Below are positions 19,650 to 29,593 of a stretch of 64,000 bases of DNA, piece after piece; positions within the stretch are counted from its first letter, which is position 1; each line of letters begins with the position of its first letter. The translations under genes were made by a program, and so were the position numbers. The notes beneath the pieces were generated by a model, which saw nothing but the letters and a program-made list of their open reading frames with translations, searched no databases and had not been told where the DNA came from. Location of the stretch: NCBI GenBank assembly GCA_963776345.1, contig CAVZMH010000015.1, positions 448,001 to 512,000 of the forward strand, in the 5' to 3' direction. This DNA comes from an uncultured delta proteobacterium (GTDB lineage Bacteria; Myxococcota; Myxococcia; Myxococcales; Myxococcaceae).

Positions 19650-20723
19650 CTAGTACAGGGTTTGCAGCTCGGTCCCTGGATAGAAGTGCGCGAGGATGGC
19701 CCGGTAGTCCTGGCCCGAGTCGGCCATCTCCTTGGCTCCCCACTGGGACAGCCCGGCGCCGTGTCCCAGCCCGCGGCCGGTGAGCCGGGCACCTCCGTCC
19801 GAAGTGGGCGCCACGTCGAAGGCGAGGGAGCGCACGCGGTCGTAGCCGAGCCGCTGCCGGAACTCGACCCCGCTGAGGCTCCGTCCCCCGAGCTCGAGGC
19901 GCCGGACGCGTCCGGTGGGCGTCCGGGCGGCGACCCGGAGCTTCCCGCGCCCGCCGAACGCCCGCTCGAGCGCGCCGGCATCGAGGTCGGCCTTCCAGCG
20001 GGTGGCGGGCCCCGGGCGGCACTCGCAGGCGACGCTCCGGAGGTACGGGAGGTCGCGGCCGAGCGCGTCGAGCCCGGTCTCGGTGTTCCCCTCGCAGGAG
20101 GCGTGGAAGTAGGCCTCGATGGGCGCGAGCTGGAAGGTGAGGATCTGCCCCGCGGTGGCCAGGGTGGCGGCGCGGGTCCGGGGATTCTCGCGGTTCACGC
20201 CGCCGTAGACCTGGGCGAGCACGCTGCTTCCGAGGTGGACGGGCTGGCCGAGCGCCTCGATCTTCCGCTGGAGCGCGTAGGTGCGCGCGGCGACGGCCTG
20301 GGCCTTGAGCGCCTCCTCCGGGAAGCTGACCGGCATCTCGCCGCCGAGGACGGCGGCCACGTAGTCCTCGAGCGGGAGCACGTTGACCAGGAGCACCTTG
20401 CTGCCCCTCGGCAGGGCGACGACCTCGCCGCGGACCTCGGTGTTGCCGGCGCGGAGCACGTGCGAGGTGTCCGAGGTGCGGAACCGGACCGCGCCCTCGA
20501 CGCGCTCGCCCTCGACCTCCATCGCGTCGCCGACGTGGCGGACCCGGACCTCGTCGCGGTCGAGCGGGTGGAACGGGCCGTCCTCGGAGTCGGGCCCGAG
20601 CTGGAGGCCCTTGCCGCGGACGACGACCTCGCGCTCCGGGCGCTCGCCCATCGCGATCCGGACGGTCTCCGCGGCGTGCGCGGTGGTGGTGGCGAGGAGG
20701 GCGAGAAGGAGGACCGGGCGCAT
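19650..20723 (-). CDS. SpoIID/LytB domain protein (lytic transglycosylase-like)
   Basis: Signal peptide; LEDYVAAVLGGEMP, EALKAQAVAARTYA, GHGAGLSQWGA, ILAHFYPGT. Confidence 0.93.
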   Translation of the reverse strand: MRPVLLLALLATTTAHAAETVRIAMGERPEREVVVRGKGLQLGPDSEDGPFHPLDRDEVRVRHVGDAMEVEGERVEGAVRFRTSDTSHVLRAGNTEVRGEVVALPRGSKVLLVNVLPLEDYVAAVLGGEMPVSFPEEALKAQAVAARTYALQRKIEALGQPVHLGSSVLAQVYGGVNRENPRTRAATLATAGQILTFQLAPIEAYFHASCEGNTETGLDALGRDLPYLRSVACECRPGPATRWKADLDAGALERAFGGRGKLRVAARTPTGRVRRLELGGRSLSGVEFRQRLGYDRVRSLAFDVAPTSDGGARLTGRGLGHGAGLSQWGAKEMADSGQDYRAILAHFYPGTELQTLY

Positions 20724-20974
20724 CTCGACCCCGGAGGATCTCCGGACACACCCGCTCACGCCAGTTCAACCTCCTGCATCACCCGTGAGATGGGTCGGAG
20801 GTGGGCACGTGAGCCGTCCCACGCCCGGAGGTCCCACCTCTTCCGGTGAGCACCCGTCGGAGCGCCCTCGCGCGGCCCCTTCTCTCCGTCTCCGAGGACA
20901 TACGACCAAGGACCTAGTGGCTCGAGGACGCGGATTTGGCAAACCTGGGGACCCTGGAGCCTGAGGAGGGTGAC

Positions 20975-22072
20975 ATGAACCACGCGACCCGCAGGACGGC
21001 AGTGTCTCTCGCCGTCGTGCTTGCACTGGCGGCCGGGAGTGCCGCCGCCCAGGCGCCGAAGCTGGCCCCCGTTCCTGAGCCGGCGAAGCCGCGGATCATC
21101 ATCCTCGCGACGGGGGGCACGATCGCCGGGGCGCAGCCGAAGCCAGGAGAGGCCGGGTACAAGTCCGGATCGTTCTCGGTCGACTCGCTGATCCAGGCAG
21201 TGCCCGGGATGCGGGACATCGCCAACGTGAGCGGCGAGCAGATCGCCAACATCGGCAGCCAGAACATGAACGATGCGGTGTGGATCAAGCTCGCCCGCCG
21301 GGTGAACGAGCTCCAGGGCAGCCCGGAGGTCGACGGGATCGTCATCACCCACGGGACGGACACCATGGAGGAGACCGGCTACTTCCTCGACCTGGTGGTC
21401 AAGGGAGACAAGCCGGTGGTGCTGGTCGGCTCGATGCGTCCGGCGACGGCGACCAGCGCCGACGGACCGATGAACCTCTACAACGCCACCGCGGTGGCTG
21501 CGGACCGGACCGCCCGCGGTCGAGGCGTCCTGGTGGTGATGAACGACCAGATCCACTTCGCGCGCGAGACGACGAAGACCAACAGCACCTCGCTCCAGAC
21601 CTTCGCCTCGCCAAACCGGGGGCTGGCGGGGATCGTCAACTTCGGCAAGGCTCGCTTCTACTCTCCGTCCGTGACCAAGCACACGAGCGGCAGCGCCTTC
21701 GCCGGCTCGGTGCCCAATGCCTTGCCGACGGTGTTCATCGTCTACGCCCACGCCAACGTGGGCAAAGAGGAGGTGGACGCTGCGCTCGCCGCCGGAGCCA
21801 AGGGCATCGTCCTTGCCGGGGTGGGCGATGGCAACGCCACCGACCCGATGATCGACGCCCTCGCCGCGGCGGCGAAGAAGGGCGTGGTCGTCGTCCGCAG
21901 CTCGCGCGTGGGCTCGGGCACGGTGGCCCGCAACGTCGAGCTGGACGACGACAAGCTCGGCTTCGTCGCCGCACTCGAGCTGAACCCCCAGAAGGCCCGG
22001 ATCCTCCTGCAGCAGGCGCTCACCCGGACCAAGGACGTGAAGGCCATCCAGAAGTACTTCGAGGAGTACTGA
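20975..22072 (+). CDS. ansB: Type II (periplasmic) L-asparaginase
   Basis: Signal peptide; ATGGTIAG, HGTDTMEET, GSMRP, ADGPMNL, GVGDGN, LNPQKARILL; GAGGAGG RBS. Confidence 0.95.
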   Translation: MNHATRRTAVSLAVVLALAAGSAAAQAPKLAPVPEPAKPRIIILATGGTIAGAQPKPGEAGYKSGSFSVDSLIQAVPGMRDIANVSGEQIANIGSQNMNDAVWIKLARRVNELQGSPEVDGIVITHGTDTMEETGYFLDLVVKGDKPVVLVGSMRPATATSADGPMNLYNATAVAADRTARGRGVLVVMNDQIHFARETTKTNSTSLQTFASPNRGLAGIVNFGKARFYSPSVTKHTSGSAFAGSVPNALPTVFIVYAHANVGKEEVDAALAAGAKGIVLAGVGDGNATDPMIDALAAAAKKGVVVVRSSRVGSGTVARNVELDDDKLGFVAALELNPQKARILLQQALTRTKDVKAIQKYFEEY

Positions 22073-22073
22073 C

Positions 22074-23270
22074 GTGAACCGGCGAAACGTCCCGGCGTTC
22101 GTGGTGGCCGCGCTGCTCCTCCCCGCGTCGATCCGGGCGGAGGAGGCTCCGCACAAGCCCACCTTCGAGATCTACGGCTTCGCCCAGGTGGACTACATCC
22201 AGGACTTCAAGCGGATGCCGTCCGACTGGGATGCCACCCTCCGCCCCTCGCGGATCCCCACCACCGATGGAGCCGCCGGGGGAGACGGGCAGGCCATCCT
22301 CAGCGCCCGGCAGAGCCGGCTCGGGGCTCGCGGGTCGATCCCGGTCGGAGACTCGGACCTCTTCGGACGGGTGGAGTTCGACTTCTTCGGACGGGGCACC
22401 GGTCAGCCCGACTCCGCGGGGCAGAACACCCTCCGGCTCCGGCAGGCGTACGGATCCTGGGGGCCCATCCTCGGCGGGCTCACCGCCAGCCTTTTCATGG
22501 ACGACGACTTCTGGCCCAACATCGTCGACTACTGGGGGCCCGCGGGGATGGCGTTCTACCGGAACGTCCAGGTTCGCTACACCTTCTTCACCGGAACGCA
22601 CACCCTGGCCATCGCCATCGAGCGGCCGGGGGCCGATCTCCAGAACTACCCCAACGTGGCGGCGCTCCAGGATCTCGCCTCCGACAACAAGCTTCCCGAC
22701 CTCACCGCCCAGTACCGGCTCAGCCAGAAGTGGGGCTACATCCAGGCCTCGGGAATCCTCCGCCGCCTCGGCTACGACACCGGAACCGGCGGGATCAAGG
22801 GCAGCAAGCTCGGGTGGGGCCTCAACGGCAGCTCGACCATCCGCATCCTCCCCGACCGGCTGAAGGTGCTGGTGGAGGTCGTCGGAGGCGCGGGGATCGA
22901 GAACTACATGAACGACGCCACCCCCGACCTCGCCATCGACGGCACAGTCATCGCGCCGACGGCCGCGGCCGTGCCCATGCTCGGGCTCACCGGGTACCTG
23001 GACATCACCTGGACCAAGATGCTCAGCACCGCCATCGGCTACAGCACGGTGTTCATCTTCAACACCAGCCTTCAGCCCACGAGCGCCCTGAAGCGGGGCC
23101 AGTACGCCTCGGTCAACTTCCTGGTCAGCCCCTTCAAGAACTTCCTCGCCGGCCCCGAGTTCCTCTGGGGCCGGCGCAACGACCTGGGAGGCGCGTACGG
23201 CGACGACTTCCGCCTCCAGGTCTCGTTGAAGTACTCGTTCTCCAGCCTGGACTTCTGGAAGCCGAGTTAG
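22074..23270 (+). CDS. DcaP-family trimeric outer-membrane porin
   Basis: Signal peptide; IYGFAQVDYI, RQSRLG, LRLRQAYG, IVDYWGP, C-terminal beta strand QVSLKYSF. Confidence 0.85.
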   Translation: MNRRNVPAFVVAALLLPASIRAEEAPHKPTFEIYGFAQVDYIQDFKRMPSDWDATLRPSRIPTTDGAAGGDGQAILSARQSRLGARGSIPVGDSDLFGRVEFDFFGRGTGQPDSAGQNTLRLRQAYGSWGPILGGLTASLFMDDDFWPNIVDYWGPAGMAFYRNVQVRYTFFTGTHTLAIAIERPGADLQNYPNVAALQDLASDNKLPDLTAQYRLSQKWGYIQASGILRRLGYDTGTGGIKGSKLGWGLNGSSTIRILPDRLKVLVEVVGGAGIENYMNDATPDLAIDGTVIAPTAAAVPMLGLTGYLDITWTKMLSTAIGYSTVFIFNTSLQPTSALKRGQYASVNFLVSPFKNFLAGPEFLWGRRNDLGGAYGDDFRLQVSLKYSFSSLDFWKPS

Positions 23271-24928
23271 CTCCGCCCTTTCCGGGGGGCCTTCTTTCCA
23301 CTCTTCCAGGCCTCCACGTACTCGGCGGCGGCCTCCCTGATGAACGCGCCGATGCTCTGGTACTCCTCGTCGCTCAGGTTGGCGAGGGAGACCCGCACCG
23401 ACCAGGGAGGACCGCCGAAGCCGCCCCCGTCCATCAGCACCACCGAGGACTTCTCTGCAACCCGGAACAGGAGGTCCACCGGCTCGTAGTTCGATTTCAG
23501 GTATTCGAAGAATTCGTCGCCGTACATCTTCCGCGCCCACACCTCGAGATCGAGCTCCACGTAGTACCAGGCCCGGTAGGGATCATCCGGCGGCAACGGC
23601 AGGCCCAGGCCCTTCCAGAGCAGATCCCGCCGCTCGTGGCAGATCCGCATCGTGAGGTGCTTGTAGGCGTCCTCCGGGTCGAGGAGGTGGGTCAGGGCGA
23701 AGAGGACCATCTGCACCTGCTGGGGGAGCGAGAGGCCCGCGGTGTGGTTCAGGGCGACGCTCCGGCTGTCGGCCACCATCCGGTCGATGAACTTGATCTT
23801 CTCCGGCTCGAGGGTGAGCGTGCCGTAGCGCTGGTTCAGACGCTTCTTCCAGCTCGCCGGTAGCCTGGCGAGCGACTGGTCCATCACGTTCTTCTCGTGC
23901 ACCGCGACCACCCCCAGCCGCCATCCGGTGCAACCGAAGTTCTTGGAGAAGGAGTAGACGAAGATGGTGTTCTGAGGCAGCTCGGCCATCAGGGAGCGGA
24001 AGCCGGTGACGAAGGTGCCGTAGACGTCGTCGGTGACGATGATCAGCTTCGGATTCTTGCGCCTCACCGTGTTGACGATGGTCTTGATCTCCGTCGGATC
24101 CAGCGCCACCGACGGTGGGTTGCTCGGATTGACGCAGACCGCGAGCTTGATGCGCTTGTCCCCGAGCTTCTCCAGCTGCTTCTTGCTGTAGTGCCAGGAG
24201 TGTGCGCCGTCGGCGCGAACGTCGTCGGCATGCACCGGGACGATCTTGAAGGAGAAGCGCTCCAGATGCGCGACCTCGATGTACGGAGTAAAGGTCGGCA
24301 GCATGAGGGCGATCGTGTCACCCTTGGCCAGGATCCCGTTCTGGAGGAGCGAGTCGAAGATGTAGCACATGGCCGCAGTGCCGCCCTCGACGGCGAAGAG
24401 ATCGAAGCGACCCTTCGGCGGTCGGCCGTCGCACATCTCCTTGATCAGGTAGTCGTGAACCACCTTCTCGCAGTGCACCAGCATTCGATCGGGAGTCGGG
24501 TAGTTGTCGCCGATGATCGAATCGGTGAGCTCGTGCACCCAGGCGTCGGCGTCGAAGCCTCGCTTCTGGCCGTACTCCAGGACCTTCCCCAGGAACTCCG
24601 CGCCCGGCTTGTCGCGGTTGGTGATCAAGAACTTCTTGAGTCGGTCGCCGATGCCCGGCCGGTCGGGCATCCCGGCAAGGATGCGCCGGTCCTGGGTGCG
24701 CCGGCACTCGCCCAGCGCGAAGCTCCCCAGGAGGAAGAACGCCTCCCGCGGCTCGGTGGCGATCCAGTTGGGATTGCCTCGGCCGGCGTTCAACATCATC
24801 GCCGTGCTCTGCTGCTCGTTCGCCTTGGCGAGCTTGATCAGGTGGTCCTTCAGCTCGAACGGCGAGAGCTGCTTGAGCGCCCGTTGCTGAGCACGGGCGG
24901 TCTTCAGTCCAGGTGCGAGTCCGTTCAT
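23267..24928 (-). CDS. aspD: Aspartate 4-decarboxylase (bifunctional aminotransferase)
   Basis: LSPFELKD, LNAGRGNPNW, EGGTAAMCYIF, VNPSNPPS, TDDVYGTF, YSFSKNFGCTGWRLG (PLP Lys), ALNHTAGLS. Confidence 0.96.
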   Translation of the reverse strand: MNGLAPGLKTARAQQRALKQLSPFELKDHLIKLAKANEQQSTAMMLNAGRGNPNWIATEPREAFFLLGSFALGECRRTQDRRILAGMPDRPGIGDRLKKFLITNRDKPGAEFLGKVLEYGQKRGFDADAWVHELTDSIIGDNYPTPDRMLVHCEKVVHDYLIKEMCDGRPPKGRFDLFAVEGGTAAMCYIFDSLLQNGILAKGDTIALMLPTFTPYIEVAHLERFSFKIVPVHADDVRADGAHSWHYSKKQLEKLGDKRIKLAVCVNPSNPPSVALDPTEIKTIVNTVRRKNPKLIIVTDDVYGTFVTGFRSLMAELPQNTIFVYSFSKNFGCTGWRLGVVAVHEKNVMDQSLARLPASWKKRLNQRYGTLTLEPEKIKFIDRMVADSRSVALNHTAGLSLPQQVQMVLFALTHLLDPEDAYKHLTMRICHERRDLLWKGLGLPLPPDDPYRAWYYVELDLEVWARKMYGDEFFEYLKSNYEPVDLLFRVAEKSSVVLMDGGGFGGPPWSVRVSLANLSDEEYQSIGAFIREAAAEYVEAWKSGKKAPRKGRS

Positions 24929-24993
24929 GGTCCTTCTCCACTGACGTCAGGTGATGCGGTGATGACCGCAGGCCGACTCGAGGCCGGCGTGGC

Positions 24994-26691
24994 TCAACGA
25001 GTGAGAAGCACGATGACGATTCCCCAGATGATGAGCAGGGTATTGCTGACTGCGTAGGGAATCGTGTAGCCGAGCGCCGGAACCTGGCTCTTGGCCACGT
25101 CGGTGATCTGACCGAGCGCAGCGGTGGTGACCCGTGCGCCGGCGTTCACCCCGAGGTTGATCCCGGGGTGAAACTTGAAGAGGTACTTTCCGATCAGTAC
25201 CCCGAGGATCATCGGCAGGGAGGTGGCGACGACACCGGCGATGAAGAGGGACACGCCCAGGGCCTTGAGCCCGGCGACGAATCCGGGCCCCGAGGTGATT
25301 CCCACCACCGCGATGAAGGTCGTCAGGCCCACCGAGTTCATGAACCAGAGGGCGGCGGCTGGGATCCGGCCGAAGGTTGGGCGGACCGAGCGAAGCCACC
25401 CGAAGACCAGCCCCATGATCAGCGCCCCTCCGGAGGTGGACAGGGAGATGGGGACCCCGCCCACCTTGATGGTGAGCAGGCCGATCACGCCTCCGATGAC
25501 GATCCCCGCGCCGACGAAGATCATGTCGGTCTGCGTGGTGGGACGATCGGGATAGCCGATGCGATCTGCGACTCTCCCCACGTCGTGCTTGGTTCCGACC
25601 AGCGTCAAGACGTCGCCGCGATCGAGCTCGAGACCCGGAACGAGTGGCATCTCCTGGCCGCCACGGACCACCTTTCGCAGAAACACCCCCCGCCCGAACT
25701 CGCGGGCGAGGTTGCTCGCCGCAAACTCGGCGATCGTCTTGCCGGCGATGGCCTTGCTGGTCAGGACCACCTCCAGGACCTCGACCGGGATGCTCAGGAG
25801 CTCCGGATCCTCGACCTCGTGGCCGGCGGCTACCTTGCTCACCTCGACCAGGACCTCGCGCCGACCGGCAAGCGCGACCACGTCTCCCTTCTCCAGTCTC
25901 GTCTCCGGATCCGCATCGAGGACCTCTCCGGCTCGCCGCAGTCGCTGAACGAACATCCGGCGATCCTTGAACATCGCCTCGAGACTGCCCACGGTCCCCC
26001 CGAGCCGGGCGGGATCGTCGATCCGGTAGGCGCGGACCGAGAACATCCGGTATGCGGTGAGGCCCTCGGGGCCTCCGCCACCCATCTTCGCTTCGTACTC
26101 CCTGCAGGCCTTGGCCAGGTCCACCCGGAGCAACTTGGGTCCCAGCGCGGCCAGGACCCAGGCGGTGCCCGCGGTTCCGAAGATGTACGTCACCGCGTAG
26201 GCCACCGGGATGTGGTCGACCAGGATCTTCTTCTGGTCCGGGGCGAGGTCGAGGCCGTTGATCGTGTCCGTTGCCACTCCGATCACCGCGGAGATCGTCT
26301 GGGCGCCGGAGAGCAGCCCGGCGGCGGTCCCGGCGTCGAACCCGGCGACCACCGCACAGGCCCAGGTGACCAGGAGACAGAGCACGCAGATGACCACCGC
26401 GAAGAGGACTTGCGGCAGCCCGTCGCTCTTCAGGCCGCGGAAGAACTGCGGCCCGACGCCATATCCGACCGCGAAGAGGAACATCAGGAAGAAGACCGAC
26501 TTGACGGTCGGGGAGATGGTGATGCCCAGCTGTCCGATCAGGACCCCGACCAGCAGGGTCCCGGTCACGGCGCCGAGGCTGAAGCTGCCCAGCTTCAGGG
26601 CTCCCACCCAGTAGCCCAGACCGAGAGTGAGGAAGATGGCGAGCTCGGGATAGTGGCGAAGCGAGTCGGCAAACCATTCCATCAGCATCAC
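24994..26691 (-). CDS. aspT: Aspartate:alanine antiporter (AAE family), paralog 2
   Basis: FLFAVGYGVGPQFF, AYAVTYIFGT, two TrkA_C-like domains, PALGYTIPYAVSN; adjacent to aspD. Confidence 0.93.
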   Translation of the reverse strand: MMLMEWFADSLRHYPELAIFLTLGLGYWVGALKLGSFSLGAVTGTLLVGVLIGQLGITISPTVKSVFFLMFLFAVGYGVGPQFFRGLKSDGLPQVLFAVVICVLCLLVTWACAVVAGFDAGTAAGLLSGAQTISAVIGVATDTINGLDLAPDQKKILVDHIPVAYAVTYIFGTAGTAWVLAALGPKLLRVDLAKACREYEAKMGGGGPEGLTAYRMFSVRAYRIDDPARLGGTVGSLEAMFKDRRMFVQRLRRAGEVLDADPETRLEKGDVVALAGRREVLVEVSKVAAGHEVEDPELLSIPVEVLEVVLTSKAIAGKTIAEFAASNLAREFGRGVFLRKVVRGGQEMPLVPGLELDRGDVLTLVGTKHDVGRVADRIGYPDRPTTQTDMIFVGAGIVIGGVIGLLTIKVGGVPISLSTSGGALIMGLVFGWLRSVRPTFGRIPAAALWFMNSVGLTTFIAVVGITSGPGFVAGLKALGVSLFIAGVVATSLPMILGVLIGKYLFKFHPGINLGVNAGARVTTAALGQITDVAKSQVPALGYTIPYAVSNTLLIIWGIVIVLLTR

Positions 26692-26694
26692 CTC

Positions 26695-28389
26695 TCAACG
26701 AACCAGTGCCACGATCACCGAGCCCCACAGCGCCAGGAGGACGTTCCCCACCGCGTAGGTGACGCCGTAGCCCAGCGTCGGGATCTTGCTCCGGGCCACC
26801 TCCTGCACCGCCGCCAGGGCTGGGGCGGTCGTCCCTGCCCCACAGCACACCCCGAGCAGAATGCCGGGGTGCATCCGGAAGACGAACTTGCCCGCCAGCA
26901 AGGTGATGAGCTGAGGCACGATGACGATGGCGATCCCCGCCAGGAGCAGGCTCGGTCCGGAGTGCCGCAGCCCGCGAATGAAGTCCGGACCTGCGGCGAG
27001 CGCCGTCACCGACAGGAACGCGGTAAGGCCGAGCGAATCGAAGAGCGCCACCACCGCCTCGGGTAGACGCGGAATACGCCGGTTCACCGAGCGCAACCAG
27101 CCGAGGACCAGGCCACCCAGCAACACCCCCACGCTCTGGCTCAGCCCCAGCTCGAGTCCGCCGAGGCGGAGCGCGGGGATCCCGACCAGGCCTCCGACGA
27201 AGATCGCGGCCGCGACCAGCGCCATCTCGGTGGTGTTGGTTGCCCGATCGACGTAGCCGATGCTCCCCGCGACACGGGCGATGTCCTGGGGGATTCCCGC
27301 CAGGGTGAGCACGTCTCCCCTCGCCAGCCGGGTTCCTCCGGTCAGCGGCAGTTCGGCTCCGGCGCGGAGAATCCTCCGCAGGCCCACTCCGCGGATGAAG
27401 TCGGTTCCGGCTTGGCTGACGAACGCGCCCAGGGTGGCGCCGACGATCGACTTTTCGGTGAGCACCACGTCGACCGAGTCGACCCCGAAGTCGAGGAGTT
27501 CCTTGTCGTCGAGCTCCGGGCCGATCGCGCCTTGCGCGGCGATCACCCCGGCGCGACGGCCGGCGACGGCGAGGACGTCGCCCCGCTGGATGACAGTCTC
27601 GGGCGCGGTCTCGGAGATTCCCTCGCTGCGCCGGAGCCGAGGAATCAGCAGGCGTTGACCGCGCTCGAAGGATGCCTGCTCGACGGAGCGCACGGTCTTC
27701 CCGACGAAGCCCTCGCCCTCGGCGCGATAGGCGCGGAATGAAAAAGCCCGGTATCCGGTCGCGGTGGCAGCTTCACTGACCACGCCCATGCTCTTCTCAA
27801 GCGCCGAGCATTCCGCTGCGAGATCCACTCCCAGGATCCGCGGGGCGACGCGGGAGAGGAAGGCGATGTTGGTCAGCACCGCGAGGAAGTAGGTGACCGC
27901 GAAGGCCACCGCGATGTTGGTCAGCAACGACTGGGTCTGGGCAGGCTCGAGCCCGAGCCGATTGATCGCGTCGGTCGCGGTCCCGATGGTGGCCGATTCG
28001 GTCGTCGCCCCGCCCATGAGCCCGCCCGCGGTTCCCGCGTCGTACCCGAAGAATTTCGCTGCGCCGTAGGTCAGCCCGAGTGCGGTAAGACAGAAAACGA
28101 AGGTCAACGCGATCTGCGGGAGGCCGCTGGCCTTCAGCCCGCTGAAGAACTGCGGACCCGTGCGGTACCCGATGGAGAAGAGGAAGAGGAGAAAGAAAGT
28201 GGTCTTGAGGTCCGACGACACTGTGACCCCGACCTGCCCGATCACCGTTCCGGCAACGAGCACCCCGACCACAGGCCCCAGCACCACCGAGCCGATCCTG
28301 ATCCTTCCAATCCAGTAGCCGAAGGCGAGCGTCAAGAGGAGCGCCATCTCCGGATGGTGGCGAAGGACGTCCAGGATCCAGCTCCACAT
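26695..28389 (-). CDS. aspT: Aspartate:alanine antiporter (AAE family), paralog 1
   Basis: FLFSIGYRTGPQFF, AFAVTYFL, TrkA_C-like domains, PTLGYGVTYAVGN. Confidence 0.9.
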   Translation of the reverse strand: MWSWILDVLRHHPEMALLLTLAFGYWIGRIRIGSVVLGPVVGVLVAGTVIGQVGVTVSSDLKTTFFLLFLFSIGYRTGPQFFSGLKASGLPQIALTFVFCLTALGLTYGAAKFFGYDAGTAGGLMGGATTESATIGTATDAINRLGLEPAQTQSLLTNIAVAFAVTYFLAVLTNIAFLSRVAPRILGVDLAAECSALEKSMGVVSEAATATGYRAFSFRAYRAEGEGFVGKTVRSVEQASFERGQRLLIPRLRRSEGISETAPETVIQRGDVLAVAGRRAGVIAAQGAIGPELDDKELLDFGVDSVDVVLTEKSIVGATLGAFVSQAGTDFIRGVGLRRILRAGAELPLTGGTRLARGDVLTLAGIPQDIARVAGSIGYVDRATNTTEMALVAAAIFVGGLVGIPALRLGGLELGLSQSVGVLLGGLVLGWLRSVNRRIPRLPEAVVALFDSLGLTAFLSVTALAAGPDFIRGLRHSGPSLLLAGIAIVIVPQLITLLAGKFVFRMHPGILLGVCCGAGTTAPALAAVQEVARSKIPTLGYGVTYAVGNVLLALWGSVIVALVR

Positions 28390-28659
28390 CGGATGTCCCC
28401 CTCGGCTCTCGAGCGCTCGCCGGGGCCGGTCGAGATCTGACGTGGATGGTGCCTAGTCCTTGCTCCCTCGCCCCGGTATGGGGCGAAGGTCGTATGCCCT
28501 CCTCCTCGAGGCTGAATCCCCGGGTCAGGCATGCGATTTCTCGGGCGGCCTTCTACGAAGCCTGCTCGCCACCGCGCTCCACCGCGTACCAGGGCTGGTG
28601 CGTCACCTTCCACCATCCACGCGCAGACCCCACGGGTCGATCGGAGCCGGGCAAGCAGG

Positions 28660-29568
28660 TCAGGAGGCCGCCCCGACCAGACCTTTGAGGAACGCGTCGA
28701 CCAGGTCGAAGTAGGTCTTGATCGCCGGCGTCGCTCCGACGTCCGACGGTGAAGGCACGACCTTCGCCCCCGCCTTCTCGGCCACGCTCTCGGCGATCGA
28801 ACGGTTGTAGAAGTCCTCGACCAGGATCACCCTCACTCCCTCGCTACGCATGGTCTGGATGAGCTGCGCGAGGTGGGCCGGCGAGGGCGGAATCCCCGGG
28901 CGATTCTCGATGTAACCGACCTCTTCCAGGCGCAGCCACCTCGAGACGTAGCTCCAGCTCTGGTGATAGGTCACGACCTTCAGGCCGGAGAGCGGTCTGG
29001 CGAGCGCCTCCCACCTCGACGCGCTCGCCTTGAGCTCGTCGATGAATTGCTTGAACTGCGCCTCGAAGTACGCCTTGTCCTGCGGCCGCAATTGCTCGAG
29101 TCGGTCGCGGATTCCTTTCGCACAGCGCGCCGCGTTCACCGGCGGCAACCAGTAGTGCGGGTTCCCCATCGGGTGGATGTCGCCCTGGGAACGGTCGACC
29201 TTCGTCGCCGGCACGTCGAGCGGATCGATGACCGTCGAGAGGTCGAGGTCGCCCTGTTGCCCACGCTGGATCTTCTCGTTGCGCGAGCCCACCACCAGCG
29301 GGGGCAGCCAGCCGATCTCCAGCTCCAGCCCCACCCGGATCAAGAGATCCGCCCGGTTGAGCACCACCATGAGGTTCGGCTTCGCCTCCACGAAGTGCGG
29401 GTCCTGGTAGCCGTGCGACAGGCTCTGGACCTCCACCCGGTCGCCGCCCACCCGACGCGCGAGGTCGGCGAAGGTCTCGATGGTGGTGACCACCTTGAGC
29501 TTCTCCTCCGCCGCGGCTGGGGAGGCAATCTCCAGCGAGAGCAAGATCAGCGAGGCCGTACGAAGCAT
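28660..29568 (-). CDS. Zn/Mn ABC transporter substrate-binding protein (ZnuA/TroA family)
   Basis: Signal peptide; QDPHFVE, GLELEIGWL, GNPHYWL, TYHQSW, PGIPPSPAHL. Confidence 0.93.
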   Translation of the reverse strand: MLRTASLILLSLEIASPAAAEEKLKVVTTIETFADLARRVGGDRVEVQSLSHGYQDPHFVEAKPNLMVVLNRADLLIRVGLELEIGWLPPLVVGSRNEKIQRGQQGDLDLSTVIDPLDVPATKVDRSQGDIHPMGNPHYWLPPVNAARCAKGIRDRLEQLRPQDKAYFEAQFKQFIDELKASASRWEALARPLSGLKVVTYHQSWSYVSRWLRLEEVGYIENRPGIPPSPAHLAQLIQTMRSEGVRVILVEDFYNRSIAESVAEKAGAKVVPSPSDVGATPAIKTYFDLVDAFLKGLVGAAS

Positions 29569-29593
29569 GATGGATCGCCCAGTGCCCGGGTGC

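Noticed and set aside
20760..20970. Alternative inverted repeats (GGAGGTGGG / CCCACCTC) in the spoIID-ansB divergent region
   Set aside because: Short GC-rich stems expected by chance; no recognisable riboswitch or operator consensus.
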